Below, one piece after another: positions 40,742 to 52,985 of a DNA stretch of 64,000 nucleotides; position 1 is the first letter of the stretch; each line of letters begins with the position of its first letter. This stretch comes from Phoronis australis (lineage: Eukaryota; Animalia; Phoronida), in the NCBI GenBank assembly GCA_002633005.1, contig NMRA01000574.1:93030-157029 (forward strand), given 5' to 3'. The notes beneath the pieces were generated by a model that had not been told where the DNA came from, made no database searches, and worked only from the letters and a program-made list of their open reading frames with translations. The translations under genes were made by a program, and so were the position numbers.

Positions 40742-43700
40742 GTAAGTAGGGCCGGTATTTATCAGAAGGAGTGAGACAAAATGAAGTTTGTAATCGTGCC
40801 TCACATTTTATGTTGGTACTGTAATGAATGCTTTGTGAGTGTGATAATATAACGTGTACATGTGTAGTAGTAGTAAGCCGAAACTGAACCTTTACTTCCA
40901 CAGCCACAGGACTGGCTTCAGAGACGTCCACACACGATCAACGGTTAACCCGGAGTGGCGCTCAACATATCAACAGACATACACCACCGGCACTAACCCC
41001 ATAAACTCTAACTGAACTATCTCCAGTGAGCCCAGGGAGATAAATCTCTTCTCTAATTGAGTACAAGCCTCAAAATATGTGCTTTCCCTGTTCCCCTCCA
41101 AATACATCGTCAAAAACTCCCTCGCTGCTCCTTGTGAACGAAAGATCAAGTTATCCAGACACTCTCTATCCGACCATCCCTGCCCAACAGCATACCTATT
41201 AAACTTCATATGGAACACTGACCAACTAGACTTTCCATTATACGACATACTTCTCACTCCCAACATCTTACCTCTACCGCTGTCCCTCTGACCTTGTCTG
41301 CTACTGTCACTCCGCTTACCTGTACCCGCACGTCTACCCCACTGAAATTCATCGTCCTCTTCATCGCTCCCACCTGCCACACCCGTAAATCGCCAGGACC
41401 GCTTATCTTTCACATCCTTCACACCAAGGGTACGTACCTTCTCCCTACACTGAGCCTCTTCCTTGCCACTACCCACAGTGCCCCCTAGTGGCAATTTTTT
41501 TTGAATTTACCTCTGTGTCAATGGATTTTCATAAAATTTGGCAGATAGGTATCTATGAGTGAGGTGATGCTATCATCTGGTTTTGGGTTGAATTCGAGGT
41601 ATTTGGCGCCACCCAGTGGCCATTTTTACATTTTCTTCCCCTCTATCATCCAAACCACTCTATGGCGCCTCCTAGTGGCAGTTTTTTATGCCTACGGCGG
41701 TATCTCCTAAATAATCTGCGGGATCTTTATTAAATTTAGCAAGTGTATTTATATGAACTTGACAACAAACGACCACGACTTTCGGATGGATCGGACAAGT
41801 GGCAATTTTATTTTTTTAGTTTTACCTCTGTATCTTCAAAGGTTCTCAACGGATTTCCATAAAATTTGGCAGATAGACATCTATTAGTGAGCTGACGCTA
41901 TCCTCGGGTTTTGAGTTTGATTTGTTGTATTTTGTGTCTTCTAGTGGCCATTTTTACTGTTTTCGAGTCTTGTTACTAGGCGTCTGCCCCTCTGTCAACC
42001 AAACCACTCTAAGGATGGTTGTGGAAATTGGCTTGTATGTTCTTAATGTGAAGAGGAAGTCTGACAATGATTTTTTGACAATGTCATCTACTGTGGTGCC
42101 TCTTAGTGACAGTTACGTTTTTTTGCACCTATAGCCTCCTACTGGCAATTTCATTTTTTTGTTTTCCTTAGTTTATAAGAAGTTCCTTGACAAATTTTTA
42201 TGAAATTTGGTAAATAGCTTTGATGACACATTCCAGTTTTGGGATGGATTCGATGTATTTTGCGTCATCTAGTGGCCATTTTTTATGTTCCAAATAAAAA
42301 CCCCTAGAAGCATATCATTTGCGGTGTATTCGTGGGCGCATTTCAATGCTCCGCGTTGCTCTTGTTTAACATACGGGTGAATTCATTTAGCCATCCGGAC
42401 TTGCAGACCGTCTACATATAATTGACTTCAGTTTGCAATAATGTTGCGTAAATGTGACTGAAGTGGAGCAAGTCACACAACTTGTGCCATGTCAAGTGTT
42501 CCTTGTGTAAAGATGGCTTATTGCTGATTTGAGTTCAGTGAGCTTTACCACCTCATGGAATTTGACCATGAAGGCCTAGGGATAATAGTCTATTTCTATG
42601 GTGATAGGTCTAAATTCTTATCATCAACATAACAACTTTGTCATAGTCGCCAAGACTCTTTCATCTTTTCGGTATTTTCAGCATGGTCGGCTAAAGGTTA
42701 AAACAACTGCGGAACAACAGGAAGCCAAGAGAAAAGAGCGAGAGAAGAGGTTAAAAGTATATACTGCAGCAATGAACAGGGTGTTTGAAAAGGTAGTTCT
42801 GGAGTTCTTGAAAGTGACTTTAGCTTTATGCTCCCATTTCACTGTGGCTCAGTCACGTAATTATGAACAGGTCACAGAAATAATTTATAGAAGTTATCTG
42901 AGTAACTAGCAGTTATGTGTATGTTCTCGACGACTTTCCACTTTAATAACACAAGTGAGATTGAATTGATTTTCAGAAATAGTTTTGCGAAGCGTAAAAC
43001 CAAATTTCTGACTCGAGTCTATAACCACTTGTCATGAAACAGACCCTTGACATGATGAATATTGTGTTTGTGTTTCGCATTAATTTTATAGACATGACTC
43101 TGTGAACACTTATGTATCAAGACTTCTTCATTAGAAACCTTGCTCATTCTGCAGACCTTAGGCATGACACTTTGAACACTTATGCGTCAAGACTTCTTCA
43201 TTAGAAACCTTGCTCATTCTGCAGATCTTAGGCGTGACACTGTGAACACTGTCAAGACTTCTTCATTATAAACCTCATTCATTCCGCAGACCTTGTAGTT
43301 TTCAATAGGTTCAAGATCCATGAGTTTTAACATGCCGCAATATCAGGAGTGTTGATCAGAATTCCTTTTTTTATTTAACAATAGACCAAGCCTGCATTCC
43401 ATAGACAGAAAAAATCTCATGGAAATGCAATATCGCGGAAGTCTGCGATATATTGCCTCAAAAAGAGCCACCTAGTTTTGCTCTGTCTTGGACTGTGTAT
43501 AATGCTATAAATGTTATAAAGGACTTTTGTCTAGTGATTGACTTATTTTTAGTCACTTTTTAGTTGAAATATCAAAAAAACGCAGAAGACCTAACAAAAC
43601 AACAGGTTTCATTCAAGTGATATTGCTAGTAGCGTCGAAGTAAAAAAATGATGCTTCACACAGATATCAGCTAGGATCCTCATAAAAATCCCCCCAAGCC

Positions 43701-45536
43701 AACAATGCATCACGAACTCCACAAATTTCCCAATGGCTTCCACCTTGGTTTCACCCATGATTTTTTGTGGGAGTGCCCTTCCCCCCCATCCTCGCTTTCT
43801 AAGATACATGTTTTGTAACCAAGCTGGGATCAAGTATCCGATACTGCTGTGGTTACAATTGTTGCCAACTCTACCCGATCCACGAATCCCCCATGGCCCC
43901 ATCCCCGGGTCTCGTCACCAATAGTTTGTGGTCTCATGTTAGTATTTAAATAAAGATTAGTTGGAATTTGGTGAAAAATAATTTGCTGTATAATTATTGC
44001 CTTGTTCATGTTTGTACCAGTGTCCTCAATAAGAGCCAGAAATGTGAGTCAGTGATGGTCTTTTGGGCAAGTTCAAGTCAAGGGTCATACCTGAGTCATA
44101 GTTGTATAACTTTATAATGAGTGTAGTCTATCTTATTTGAATAAAAGGAATTTAGTTTTCACAGCTTTCTTCAACATATTTTGATTCGTTTTTGGTTTTA
44201 TTTCTGCTTGTCTACTAGTTACTGTAAAATTTGAGAACTCAACAGCATGTTGGAAAAAAGGTGAAATTTTCTTTTGTTTTTTTTCAGAGAGAAAAGGGGG
44301 AAAAGGACACAGAGATTTTAAAATTGACTGGAGAATTGTTGTCAGCTAACCCTGATTTCTACACACTATGGAATATCAGAAAAGAGACCTTTATTTATTT
44401 GAAAGATACAATGTAAGAACTATAGTTGCATTTTCCATTAGAAATCTCAAGTACGATAATTCTCCGTTATTTTGTTCTTTCATCTATATTGGGTCCTCTC
44501 CTATTTTTAATTTTTATAAATGATCTACCAGTGTACATGAATGCTCGAACTGATATGTATGCGGATGACTCCACTCTTCATTATACCAGTAACTGTATTG
44601 GGGATATTGAGCGTACACTGCAGAATGACTTAAACAACATTGAAGAGTGTTGTGAGGACAATAAAATTTTGATAAATATATGTGTCTTGCTTCAAAGCAA
44701 AAAAGGGTCAGATATGTCTGGTGAGAGACTTGAGGAAGTCACTAGTGAGAAATTATTAGGAGTTTAAATTGATAATAGTTTATCTTGGGAATCCCACCTC
44801 TCTTATATAGTGGGTAAAATTAGACAAAGATTGGGATTATTGAAGCGAATTAAGCAATTTTTACCAATCGAGGGTAGAATTAAATTTTTCAATGCATGTA
44901 TTATGCCACATTTCACTTACTACAGCTCTGTATGGTCGGGTTGTTGCACTACTATTATGAATAAACTTGTCAAAATTCAGAAGCAGGCTGTATTATTCTT
45001 GGAAACTATGAGGCATCATCTGTGACTTTGTTTGCAAATATTCGGTGGATGTCAATTGATAAATATTATGTTTTCTGCAGACTGTGCATGATTTCTAAAT
45101 GTCTCCATGACGATGTTTCCCAGTATTTAGCTAATGAGTTATCTCTAGTACATAATAAACATTCGAGACATACCCGATACTCAAATGCTGGCAATTTAGT
45201 TGTACCAAACTACAAAACAGCCAAGTACAGGAGTACTTTCTTTGTAGATGGAGTGATTGCCTGGAATGGTTCACCATTAGCTATTAAATCAATTACTGTT
45301 AAACTGCATTTAGAAGTAACTTAATAACTTATTTGTTATCTAATTAACTGTATATCTGCGTGCATGTCAAAAATGTATATATTAATTAACTTATTTATTT
45401 CATTTTTCATTTTTCTGTACATATCTTTGTTCATCTTATTTATTTATTTATTTTATTTACCTATTTATTGTTATTTCGAGGACCATGTGGTAGATAAGTT
45501 TTACACTTAACACGTTTTTATCCTCTATAAATAAAG

Positions 45537-45590
<54 letters not shown>

Positions 45591-46203
45591 TAATTTGATG
45601 CATCCGAAGTCACATGACAAGAATTATTAGTATTTGTTTCTCACTTTTTCATGGATTTGCAGTTGCCAAATTAACCGACTTGAAGTCTAAAGAGTTCTCA
45701 TACATGACTTGAATCCTTGACAGGAAGCCCAGAATATTCTTACATCAACTTGATTTGACCTTCAAATGTGACCTTCAAATGTGAGATAATTTNCAGTATT
45801 TAGCTAATGAATTATCTCTAGTACGTAATAAACATTCGAAACATACCCGATACTCAAATGCTGGCAATTTAGTTGTACCAAACTACAAAACATCCAAGTA
45901 CAGGGGTACTTTCTTTGTAGATGGAGTGATTGCCTGGAATGGTTTACCATTAGCTATTAAATCAGTTACTGTTAAACATGCATTTAGAAGTAACTTTATA
46001 ACTTACTTATCTAATTAACTGTATATCTGCATGCATGTCAAAAATGTATATATTAATTAACTTATTAATTTTATTTTTCATTTTTCTGTACATATCTTTG
46101 TTCATCTTATTTATTTATTTATTTTATTTACCTATTGTTATTTCGAGGACCATGTGGTAGATAAGTTTTACACTTAACACGTTTTTATCCTCTATAAATA
46201 AAG

Positions 46204-46257
<54 letters not shown>

Positions 46258-49200
46258 TAATTTGATGCATCCGAAGTCACATGACAAGAATTATTAGTAT
46301 TTGTTTCTCACTTTTTCATGGATTTGCAGTTGCCAAATTAACCGACTTGAAGTCTAAAGAGTTCTCATACATGACTTGAATCCTTGACAGGAAGCCCAGA
46401 ATATTCTTACATCAACTTGATTTGACCTTCAAATGTGACCTTCAAATGTGAGATAATTTTGCCTGAACTATTTCCTGAGAAATGCAGTTACTTATATCAA
46501 CTATTCCTTATTTTGTTTTGTTCAGTTCGTCTGATGAACTTCAAATCAAATGTCGTGACGAGTTGTCATTCCTGGAGTCATGTCTGAAGGTCAACCCAAA
46601 GTCGTATGGAACATGGGAACACCGTTGTTGGGTGATGGATAACATGCCTTCACCTGATTGGACGAAAGAGTTGGGGCTGTGCAACAAATACCTAGAGTTC
46701 GATGAGAGAAATTGTAAGTAGTGATATACTGTTATGACTTACTTTTTCAATTTGAATCTGTGCCATTTTTTCAGTTTGAAATGAGACAAAATTATTTTAA
46801 CTCCAAACAATTGAGATAGCAAAAAAATTCAAGCACTTGTCTAAAAACTACTAAAAACTTATAACTTAAAAAAATTCATTTTACTCCAATTTTGTAGTTC
46901 ACTGCTGGGACTACAGGAGGTTCGTTGTCAAGCGAGCTGGGGTGAGACCAGATCAGGAGTTCGAGTTTACCAGTCAGAAAATCAGCTCTAACTTCTCCAA
47001 CTATTCCTCTTGGCACTATCGCAGTAAACTGTTGCCACGGATACACCCTGACACGAGTCATCCTGTGGGAGTTAGGGAAGATGTATTGTTGAATGGTGTG
47101 TAGTCTAAATGGTGTTTAGTCTAAATGGTGTTTAGTCTAAATGGTGTTTAGCCTAAGTGGTGTTTAGTCTAAGTGGTGTTTAGTCTAAGTGGTGTGTAGT
47201 CTAAATGACTGTGTAAGGAACAATTCATTTGGACAAAGATGATTAACAAACTGTTCATCTCTACTCAGACATATATTCGACATTAATTTGGACTGATAAA
47301 TGTCCAAAGTTTGAATTGGATGTTTTTCTTGTTAATCTTTCTTTTGTGGCTGGGTTTTAATTGTAGCTTTGTTTTATTCATTTGAGTTTCTATTAATTTT
47401 CTAAGTGAGTGATCCGCTTTTATTCTTACATGTCAAGAAACAATTGTGTACGATCTTTTTCATTGTATAATTAAGCTCCATTAAGCACCATCTTTGAATA
47501 CTATTGTTTAGGTTCATGTTTTGGGATGGAACCCTTTATTTTGTAGTGTTCATATGCTAAGTGAGTGTTTCTGATTGCTCATGATAAAACCATCAACAGA
47601 ATAGATTTCATTAATTACATCAGCAGCAAGATTCACCACAGTTAATTTGATTTAGGCTAATTTGAAGTTTGTGACTTTATCTTGACCTAATTAGCAAGGA
47701 CATGATACGGTAAATGTGCTTCAGTTTGGGACACAATATGGCCTACAGGTAAAATTACATTTTGTCCAATTTCTCAACAAAAATAATTTTTCGGGAAAAT
47801 CTACTTTGCTTTTAGCATGGTTCGTATGGTGTAGCTATCACCAAACAATATTTGGGAAAACATTGAGCGCTTTCAGTCATGTTGCAAGTCTCTGAGAAGT
47901 AGAAATGTGTCAATAACAATTACTTTTGTCCCAAATTGAATAAGTTTTACTGTGTTTATGATAGTAGGAATATTTTGACATGAGATTCGTACATAGAAGT
48001 GTCGTCTGACTCAACCAACCTTGCTTTATTTTCAGAATTTGATCTGGCTCAGAATGCTTTCTTCACTGACCCAAATGACCAGAGTGCATGGTTTTACAAC
48101 ATGTGGCTGCTTGGCAGAGGTAATAAATTGTGTTGCTAGGTTACTGTTTTGACCATAAAGCATGGTAGTCTTAGATAACACGTTACGGTCTCGTGCTTCT
48201 TTACATTTAGTTAATGTGTGTACTGATACATACTCAGTTCAATTCATGATAAATCGCGTAGTCGGGTCATCCAGAATGTCCGAGGGTGACCTGACAACTA
48301 ACCAAAACAAATCAAAATTCTCTCTTGATGAAAACAATGACATTTTGCAATCGTGTGACAATTAATGTAAGAAAATTTATTCTTATATTCACCCAGTTGT
48401 CATTGAATGAAATTTGATAAAAGTAATAATGTTTATATTTAAATGAAAACTTCAGGTGAAAAACAATTGGAGATCAGCTGCATCTATGGCGAAAGGAGTG
48501 GACGAGTTATTCTGAGGTTATCCAAGCCTGTCCAGGTGAGACTTTGTTGATCTCAAAAACAACTCACTTTAGAAGTATGAAGATGTGTATTTTTCCATCA
48601 CATAGATAGCGGCAGATCAGTGGAAACTAACTTGTCGTTATTTTATATAATTTCATATAATTAAGTTAATGTAATTATATGATTGACAAATCTATAAGTG
48701 GATTTTTGCTTTAATTATTTTACCTTTTGCTCTGTCTAATCACAACCTTGAGGAATAAGACATTCAGATGTATTGCACACCTTAGAAAGACAGTAAAATC
48801 GAAGTAATTTGCATGTTACAAAGAACTTCTTGCATCTCAGAATTACTAGGGTATTGGTGTTAAGGATTACATAACATGGTCTGATGTGTTTTGTCCAGAT
48901 TGGGCATTGCTGTACAGTGGACCTCACAATCAACAGTAGCCCAGTAAAGGTTGACTGGGACGCACCGAGCGGGAAGAGGGCGTACAGCTCATTATGGGTC
49001 AGTATCAGTCACCTTTTGGGAAGCCCTCTGTAAATACTTAGACATATATTTACTCATACAATCATGTATAATTTTGGAAGTAACATGTACATTAAGAGTG
49101 CATGGGTGTATGGATGGTGTATGGATGGTATGTGAATGGTATGTGAATGGTATGTGAATGGTGTGTGAATGGTGTGTGAATGTTGTACCTTTTCCATTAC

Positions 49201-52200
49201 TAGATCGTTATTAGTTAGCATTTGCTGTTATTTTCCTTCTTTTGGGAAATAAAATATAATTTACTTGTTCGAAAAAAAAGTTAGTCATCTGTTCTGTTTT
49301 GTTTGATTGTTCTAAAATGCTTTACCTGACATAAAGTTGGCTATCATCTGTAGACCTTCAAGTCGTTGTACTTTTGAGTATTTGATTGCTAATAAGTGAT
49401 ATTGTATCTCTGGTAAAGCAAAAAAACTGAACGAAATGGTGTTTGTCATCAAAGACTTTGCTGACTTATTCAGCTTTGTTTTCTTATGGTTGTCTTTTCG
49501 TTTTAGTATTGTCAGTTGCCTGAAGAGGTCTCCAGCAGGAAAGACCAGCTCATCATCACAGCCTGCCTAGCAGCTGACGGCATTTCTAGTCAGAGAACGT
49601 GCGCGCTTGAGCTAGGTGAAATTGACGCTTGGAATCAAGAACAAAATAAGGCTGGCACTTTGTTCAAGTGAGTGCTTTGTTTTTGCTTTACATTCGTAAC
49701 ATTTGATGTTTACTGCCAAGACTTCTGTTGTTTGACTCTAAACATTCAAAGTTTATTCCACCAACTAGATTTATGTTTTGTAAAAACTTTAAGGATGATT
49801 CCTAGTAGCTGATTTGTTGCGTAGATTTGGAAAATCACCTCAGATAGTGAATGGTTTACAATATTTATCTGTAGCTATTTTAACATCAATATTTGTTGTA
49901 ATTAAACGTGCTGTATACCCATCTTCTGTGCGTTTTTTAGGTCACGTTAACATGGACCCTTGACAAGTCAATTGACTTTTATCTTTTTAACTTTTGGCAA
50001 AGAATCGGTCAATTGATGTCTTAGCCAGTTTCGCGCAAAATCAGGCTAAGTCTTAAAGTCGTAAATTCTCTGCACAACTCAGTCAAAAGACAGAAATAGT
50101 CTCCTCTTACAGGCAAAAGACAAAATGTTTCAAGAAATGCAAGAGACAAAAGTCAATTTTGTCTATTCGTAGTCGGATTTCTGACTTTTGGCCGAAGTCA
50201 AAATACAAAAGTCAATTGACTCTTTGAGAAACAAGACCCTGCTCTCAACTTATTCCTTATTCAGCTTAGAACTGATTTCTGTGCTTGGGTAGAGCTGACA
50301 GTTCATTATTGCTTAAGGTCAACACTTCATTAAAATGAACCACCAGGTCAAGTTCAAGCAGGGTTTATTGACCTTGGTCTCAAGCAATAACAAACTCACT
50401 CTCTTGACTGGAAATGAGTTTACAGCCACTGAATTCACCAACTGTTATTCTTGGGTGATAACCGTTTTATTGGAGGCACTGACGCTATTTTGACAAGGGT
50501 GCCATCTGTTGTTTCAGTTTTGAATTGAGTGCCGCTACATCGTCAATTTTGACTCAAGAACTGGAGTCGTGCAAACAGTTGTTTGACCTTGAACCTGATA
50601 ATAAATGTAAGTCGTTCAAGTGAGGCTTTCATAGTGTTTCTTATTTAAGAAAGTAATGTAAACATTCGTATAGACACCCATGATCATGTAATCGATCAAC
50701 CGCTGTAGTAAGCATCCACTGCGTGAACCAGTGCCCACCCGTCATTGGCTTCAGGCAATTGATTCTCAAAATAGTAAGGTGCAGTACTTTCACATGTGGA
50801 AACAGGCTCAGCTGTGAGTTGCAGTTATGGGCCAGCTATTATGTTGTTACCATTCATGACCACTATCGCGAACTCCAATTCACAGCGCCCTCTTGTGAAC
50901 GAAATCACCAGAGGTACCCCAGTTCTTGTCTAGTTTTCAATAGCAATTTCCAGCACAAATATGCTCTTCAACTTGACAAGTGTTATCACACATCATTTAT
51001 TGCGACTCTCATTCTCATTAACAAAACCACTGGAAAACAGCACCGACCTAGAATGTTTACCATATGTGGACAAAAGGCGGAATGTAGCTTCCAGTGTATT
51101 GACAGCTCTCATTGTTGTCTATCTCAGGGACTTTACTCACCATTGTTCTTCTAATGAGGGCCGTGGACCCTCTCAGCCATGAACAAGAGGCCATAGAAAA
51201 CTTGAATAAGTTGAAGGAAATCGACACTTGTAGGAAAACATATTATGAAGATCTTAGTAAGTATGAACTTATTTGTGATGTCTTAGTGCACTTAAAGTTG
51301 CTGGACCTGAGTTTTAGCAAAAATTCAAATTAAATCTAGCTTTTATTTTTAAAACGAATCATGATCTTCGATGCAGGTACAAAAAATCTCCAAAATTGTA
51401 TCCTTGCATTCTCTAACAACAATCGTGAAAAAACTTTATCATGGTTTCCTGGAAAAAATTGATCTACGTTGGAGATTGCAGACACGCGATTTTGTGGATT
51501 TTTATGCCATGATTCATTTCAATGCATAACATAACAAAAATTCAGTTTAACTTAAATTCTAGCTGGCTTATTCGCCAAACTAGGGTCGGCAACTTACACA
51601 CTCAACTTGACCCGATTCATTCTCATGTTTTTATTAACCATTTTTGTCCAAAATTTGTGAGATTTTACCCACCCACAGATAGTTCATACTGTTCAAACGA
51701 TTTTTAGGGCATGAGTAGGACATCGGATCCTTCTATAGTTACAGGATGTACTAATGATTGCATTCTTTGTATCTAAACAATGCGTGCACTTTTGTTATAG
51801 AAAGCAAGTTTACAATAGAGAATTGTATCGAGAGATTAGACCCGATGTCTCGTTCCCTCGACTTGTCGAACAAAGATCTTACTGTCCTGTACCACCACGA
51901 TCATCTAAGTCTATTGAGGGAGATCAGACTATCCGACAATCTCATCCGCAGTACCAGGAATTGTCAGAACTTGTTGTGTCTGAAGAAACTGCACCTAGAC
52001 AGCAATCGTCTGACCAACTGTGTGGGATTAGAAGGTCTTCCATGTTTGGAGGAGCTGTCTTTATGCAATAATTGTATCCTTTTGTACGTGCACCATTGTA
52101 GTCTTGTCACTGCAGCTGTAGAATCTAGTCATGATAAGGAAGGTTATGAAATCGATTTTATGAGAGTAAAAGGTCGAATTCAATTTTCGTTTGTTAGCCA

Positions 52201-52985
52201 CCTTAACAAGGGGGGATGTATTGCGTTTTCTCTGAATGTTCAACAATTTATTAATAGTGAACAATACTACTACTGTAGGGGTTTGTCTCTTTTTTATTGT
52301 GATATTTAAAATGAGGGTGGCCTCTTCAGTGATAGCACTGCTTTCCAAGAGGGCCCTCAACAAGAAAAACAGTAATATAGTACAATGAAGTAATAAAACA
52401 ACAATGAAATATACGTAACAAAGATACAATCAAAACAGGTTGAGAATTAAGACAATAACTAAATGAAAGTGATTGAGGACTTAAGACAGAAATTTGGTGT
52501 TACTCTCCCACTTCTCAATTTCTGAAAAAAGTTTTAGCCAAGTAATATCCAGCGCATCACAGTCTGGAAATAATTTATAGAAATTATCTCAGTAACTGGC
52601 AGTTACGTGTATATTGTCCGAGGCTTTGCATTTTTGCTCCTCTGTGATTTAATTATTTTCCAGAAATAGTTGTGTGGAGTGTGAGACCAGATTTTTGACT
52701 CCAGTCAGTTTTCATGAAACAGAACCTAGGAATTGATCTAAATGGTTACTTTGACTATGTCTTTTGACTCACAAGGTAACGTATGCCCTTTCAACGATTC
52801 AACATTATTTCCTTAACACAGTGTCAGTAATCGAGTCTGTAGAAGATCTCAAAATGTTAGCTACTTGTCCTCGTCTGACAAGCCTCAACCTGGCTGGAAA
52901 TGCTGTGTCATCCTCTCCTAACTACAGGCAAGAGGTGAAGACAATTCTACCCCTGATACGAGAACTGGACGGGCAGGAACTATGA
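40739..52985 (+). CDS. RABGGTA: Geranylgeranyltransferase type-2 subunit alpha, spliced gene (~565 aa, 13 coding exons)
   Basis: Exons 40739-40741, 42682-42792, 44288-44412, 46526-46713, 46898-47095, 48036-48119, 48456-48535, 48899-48997, 49507-49667, 50518-50606, 51128-51256, 51801-52073, 52828-52985. [10 protein letters not shown]-terminus; PPTA repeats ([54 protein letters not shown]); Ig-like insert; C-terminal LRRs. Confidence 0.96.
40970..41476 (-). mobile_element. Ty3/gypsy gag-like fragment
   Basis: [44 protein letters not shown]...[12 protein letters not shown] resembles the gypsy gag capsid N-terminal pattern. Confidence 0.65.
41477..42367 (+). mobile_element. Second copy of the HINE-like family, 5' truncated
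   Basis: Same internal units (GTGCCCCCTAGTGGCAATTT) and same 3' end GTGGGCGCATTTCAATGCTCCGCGTTGCTCTTGTT. Confidence 0.75.
42682..42792 (+). CDS. RABGGTA: RABGGTA exon
   Basis: [27 protein letters not shown]. Confidence 0.95.
43091..43294. repeat. ~70-bp tandem repeat, 3 copies
   Basis: ...TGAACAC..TCAAGACTTCTTCATTAGAAACCTTGCTCATTCTGCAGA.. repeated. Confidence 0.85.
44288..44412 (+). CDS. RABGGTA: RABGGTA exon
   Basis: [17 protein letters not shown]. Confidence 0.94.
44480..45588 (+). mobile_element. 5'-truncated non-LTR retrotransposon (CR1/L2-group-like) RT remnant
   Basis: [37 protein letters not shown], with stops and frameshifts; ends AATAAA + (TTA)n. Confidence 0.88.
45121..46459. 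repeat. ~670-bp tandem duplication joined by a single N (likely haplotype overlap)
   Basis: 45121-45792 vs 45794-46459 nearly identical; N at 45793. Confidence 0.85.
46526..46713 (+). CDS. RABGGTA: RABGGTA exon
   Basis: [24 protein letters not shown]...DERN. Confidence 0.95.
46898..47095 (+). CDS. RABGGTA: RABGGTA exon
   Basis: HCWDYRRFV...[16 protein letters not shown]. Confidence 0.94.
47092..47206. repeat. 16-bp minisatellite, ~7 copies, overlapping a RABGGTA donor
   Basis: AATGGTGTTTAGTCTA units. Confidence 0.9.
48036..48119 (+). CDS. RABGGTA: RABGGTA exon
   Basis: [27 protein letters not shown]. Confidence 0.95.
48456..48535 (+). CDS. RABGGTA: RABGGTA exon
   Basis: [26 protein letters not shown]; phases fit. 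Confidence 0.88.
48899..48997 (+). CDS. RABGGTA: RABGGTA exon
   Basis: [33 protein letters not shown]. Confidence 0.87.
49102..49182. repeat. 11-bp minisatellite
   Basis: GTGAATGGTAT / GTATGGATGGT units. Confidence 0.8.
49507..49667 (+). CDS. RABGGTA: RABGGTA exon
   Basis: YCQLPEEV...NKAGTLF; phases fit. Confidence 0.85.
49965..50222. repeat. Degenerate inverted-repeat element
   Basis: AGTCAATTGACTTTT.. at the left end and ..AAAAGTCAATTGACT at the right end. Confidence 0.5.
50518..50606 (+). CDS. RABGGTA: RABGGTA exon
   Basis: [29 protein letters not shown](W). Confidence 0.92.
51128..51256 (+). CDS. RABGGTA: RABGGTA exon
   Basis: [15 protein letters not shown]...[12 protein letters not shown]. 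Confidence 0.93.
51801..52073 (+). CDS. RABGGTA: RABGGTA exon (LRR)
   Basis: SKFTIEN...LDLSNKDLT...LEELSLCNN; donor GTATCCTTT. Confidence 0.92.
52074..52827 (+). other. U12-type (minor spliceosome) GT-AG intron
   Basis: 5' GTATCCTTT; branch point TTCCTTAAC at 52809-52817, ~10 nt from the AG; no polypyrimidine tract. Confidence 0.9.
52828..52985 (+). CDS. RABGGTA: RABGGTA last coding exon
   Basis: [24 protein letters not shown]...LDGQEL*; AATAAA at 53063. Confidence 0.92.
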
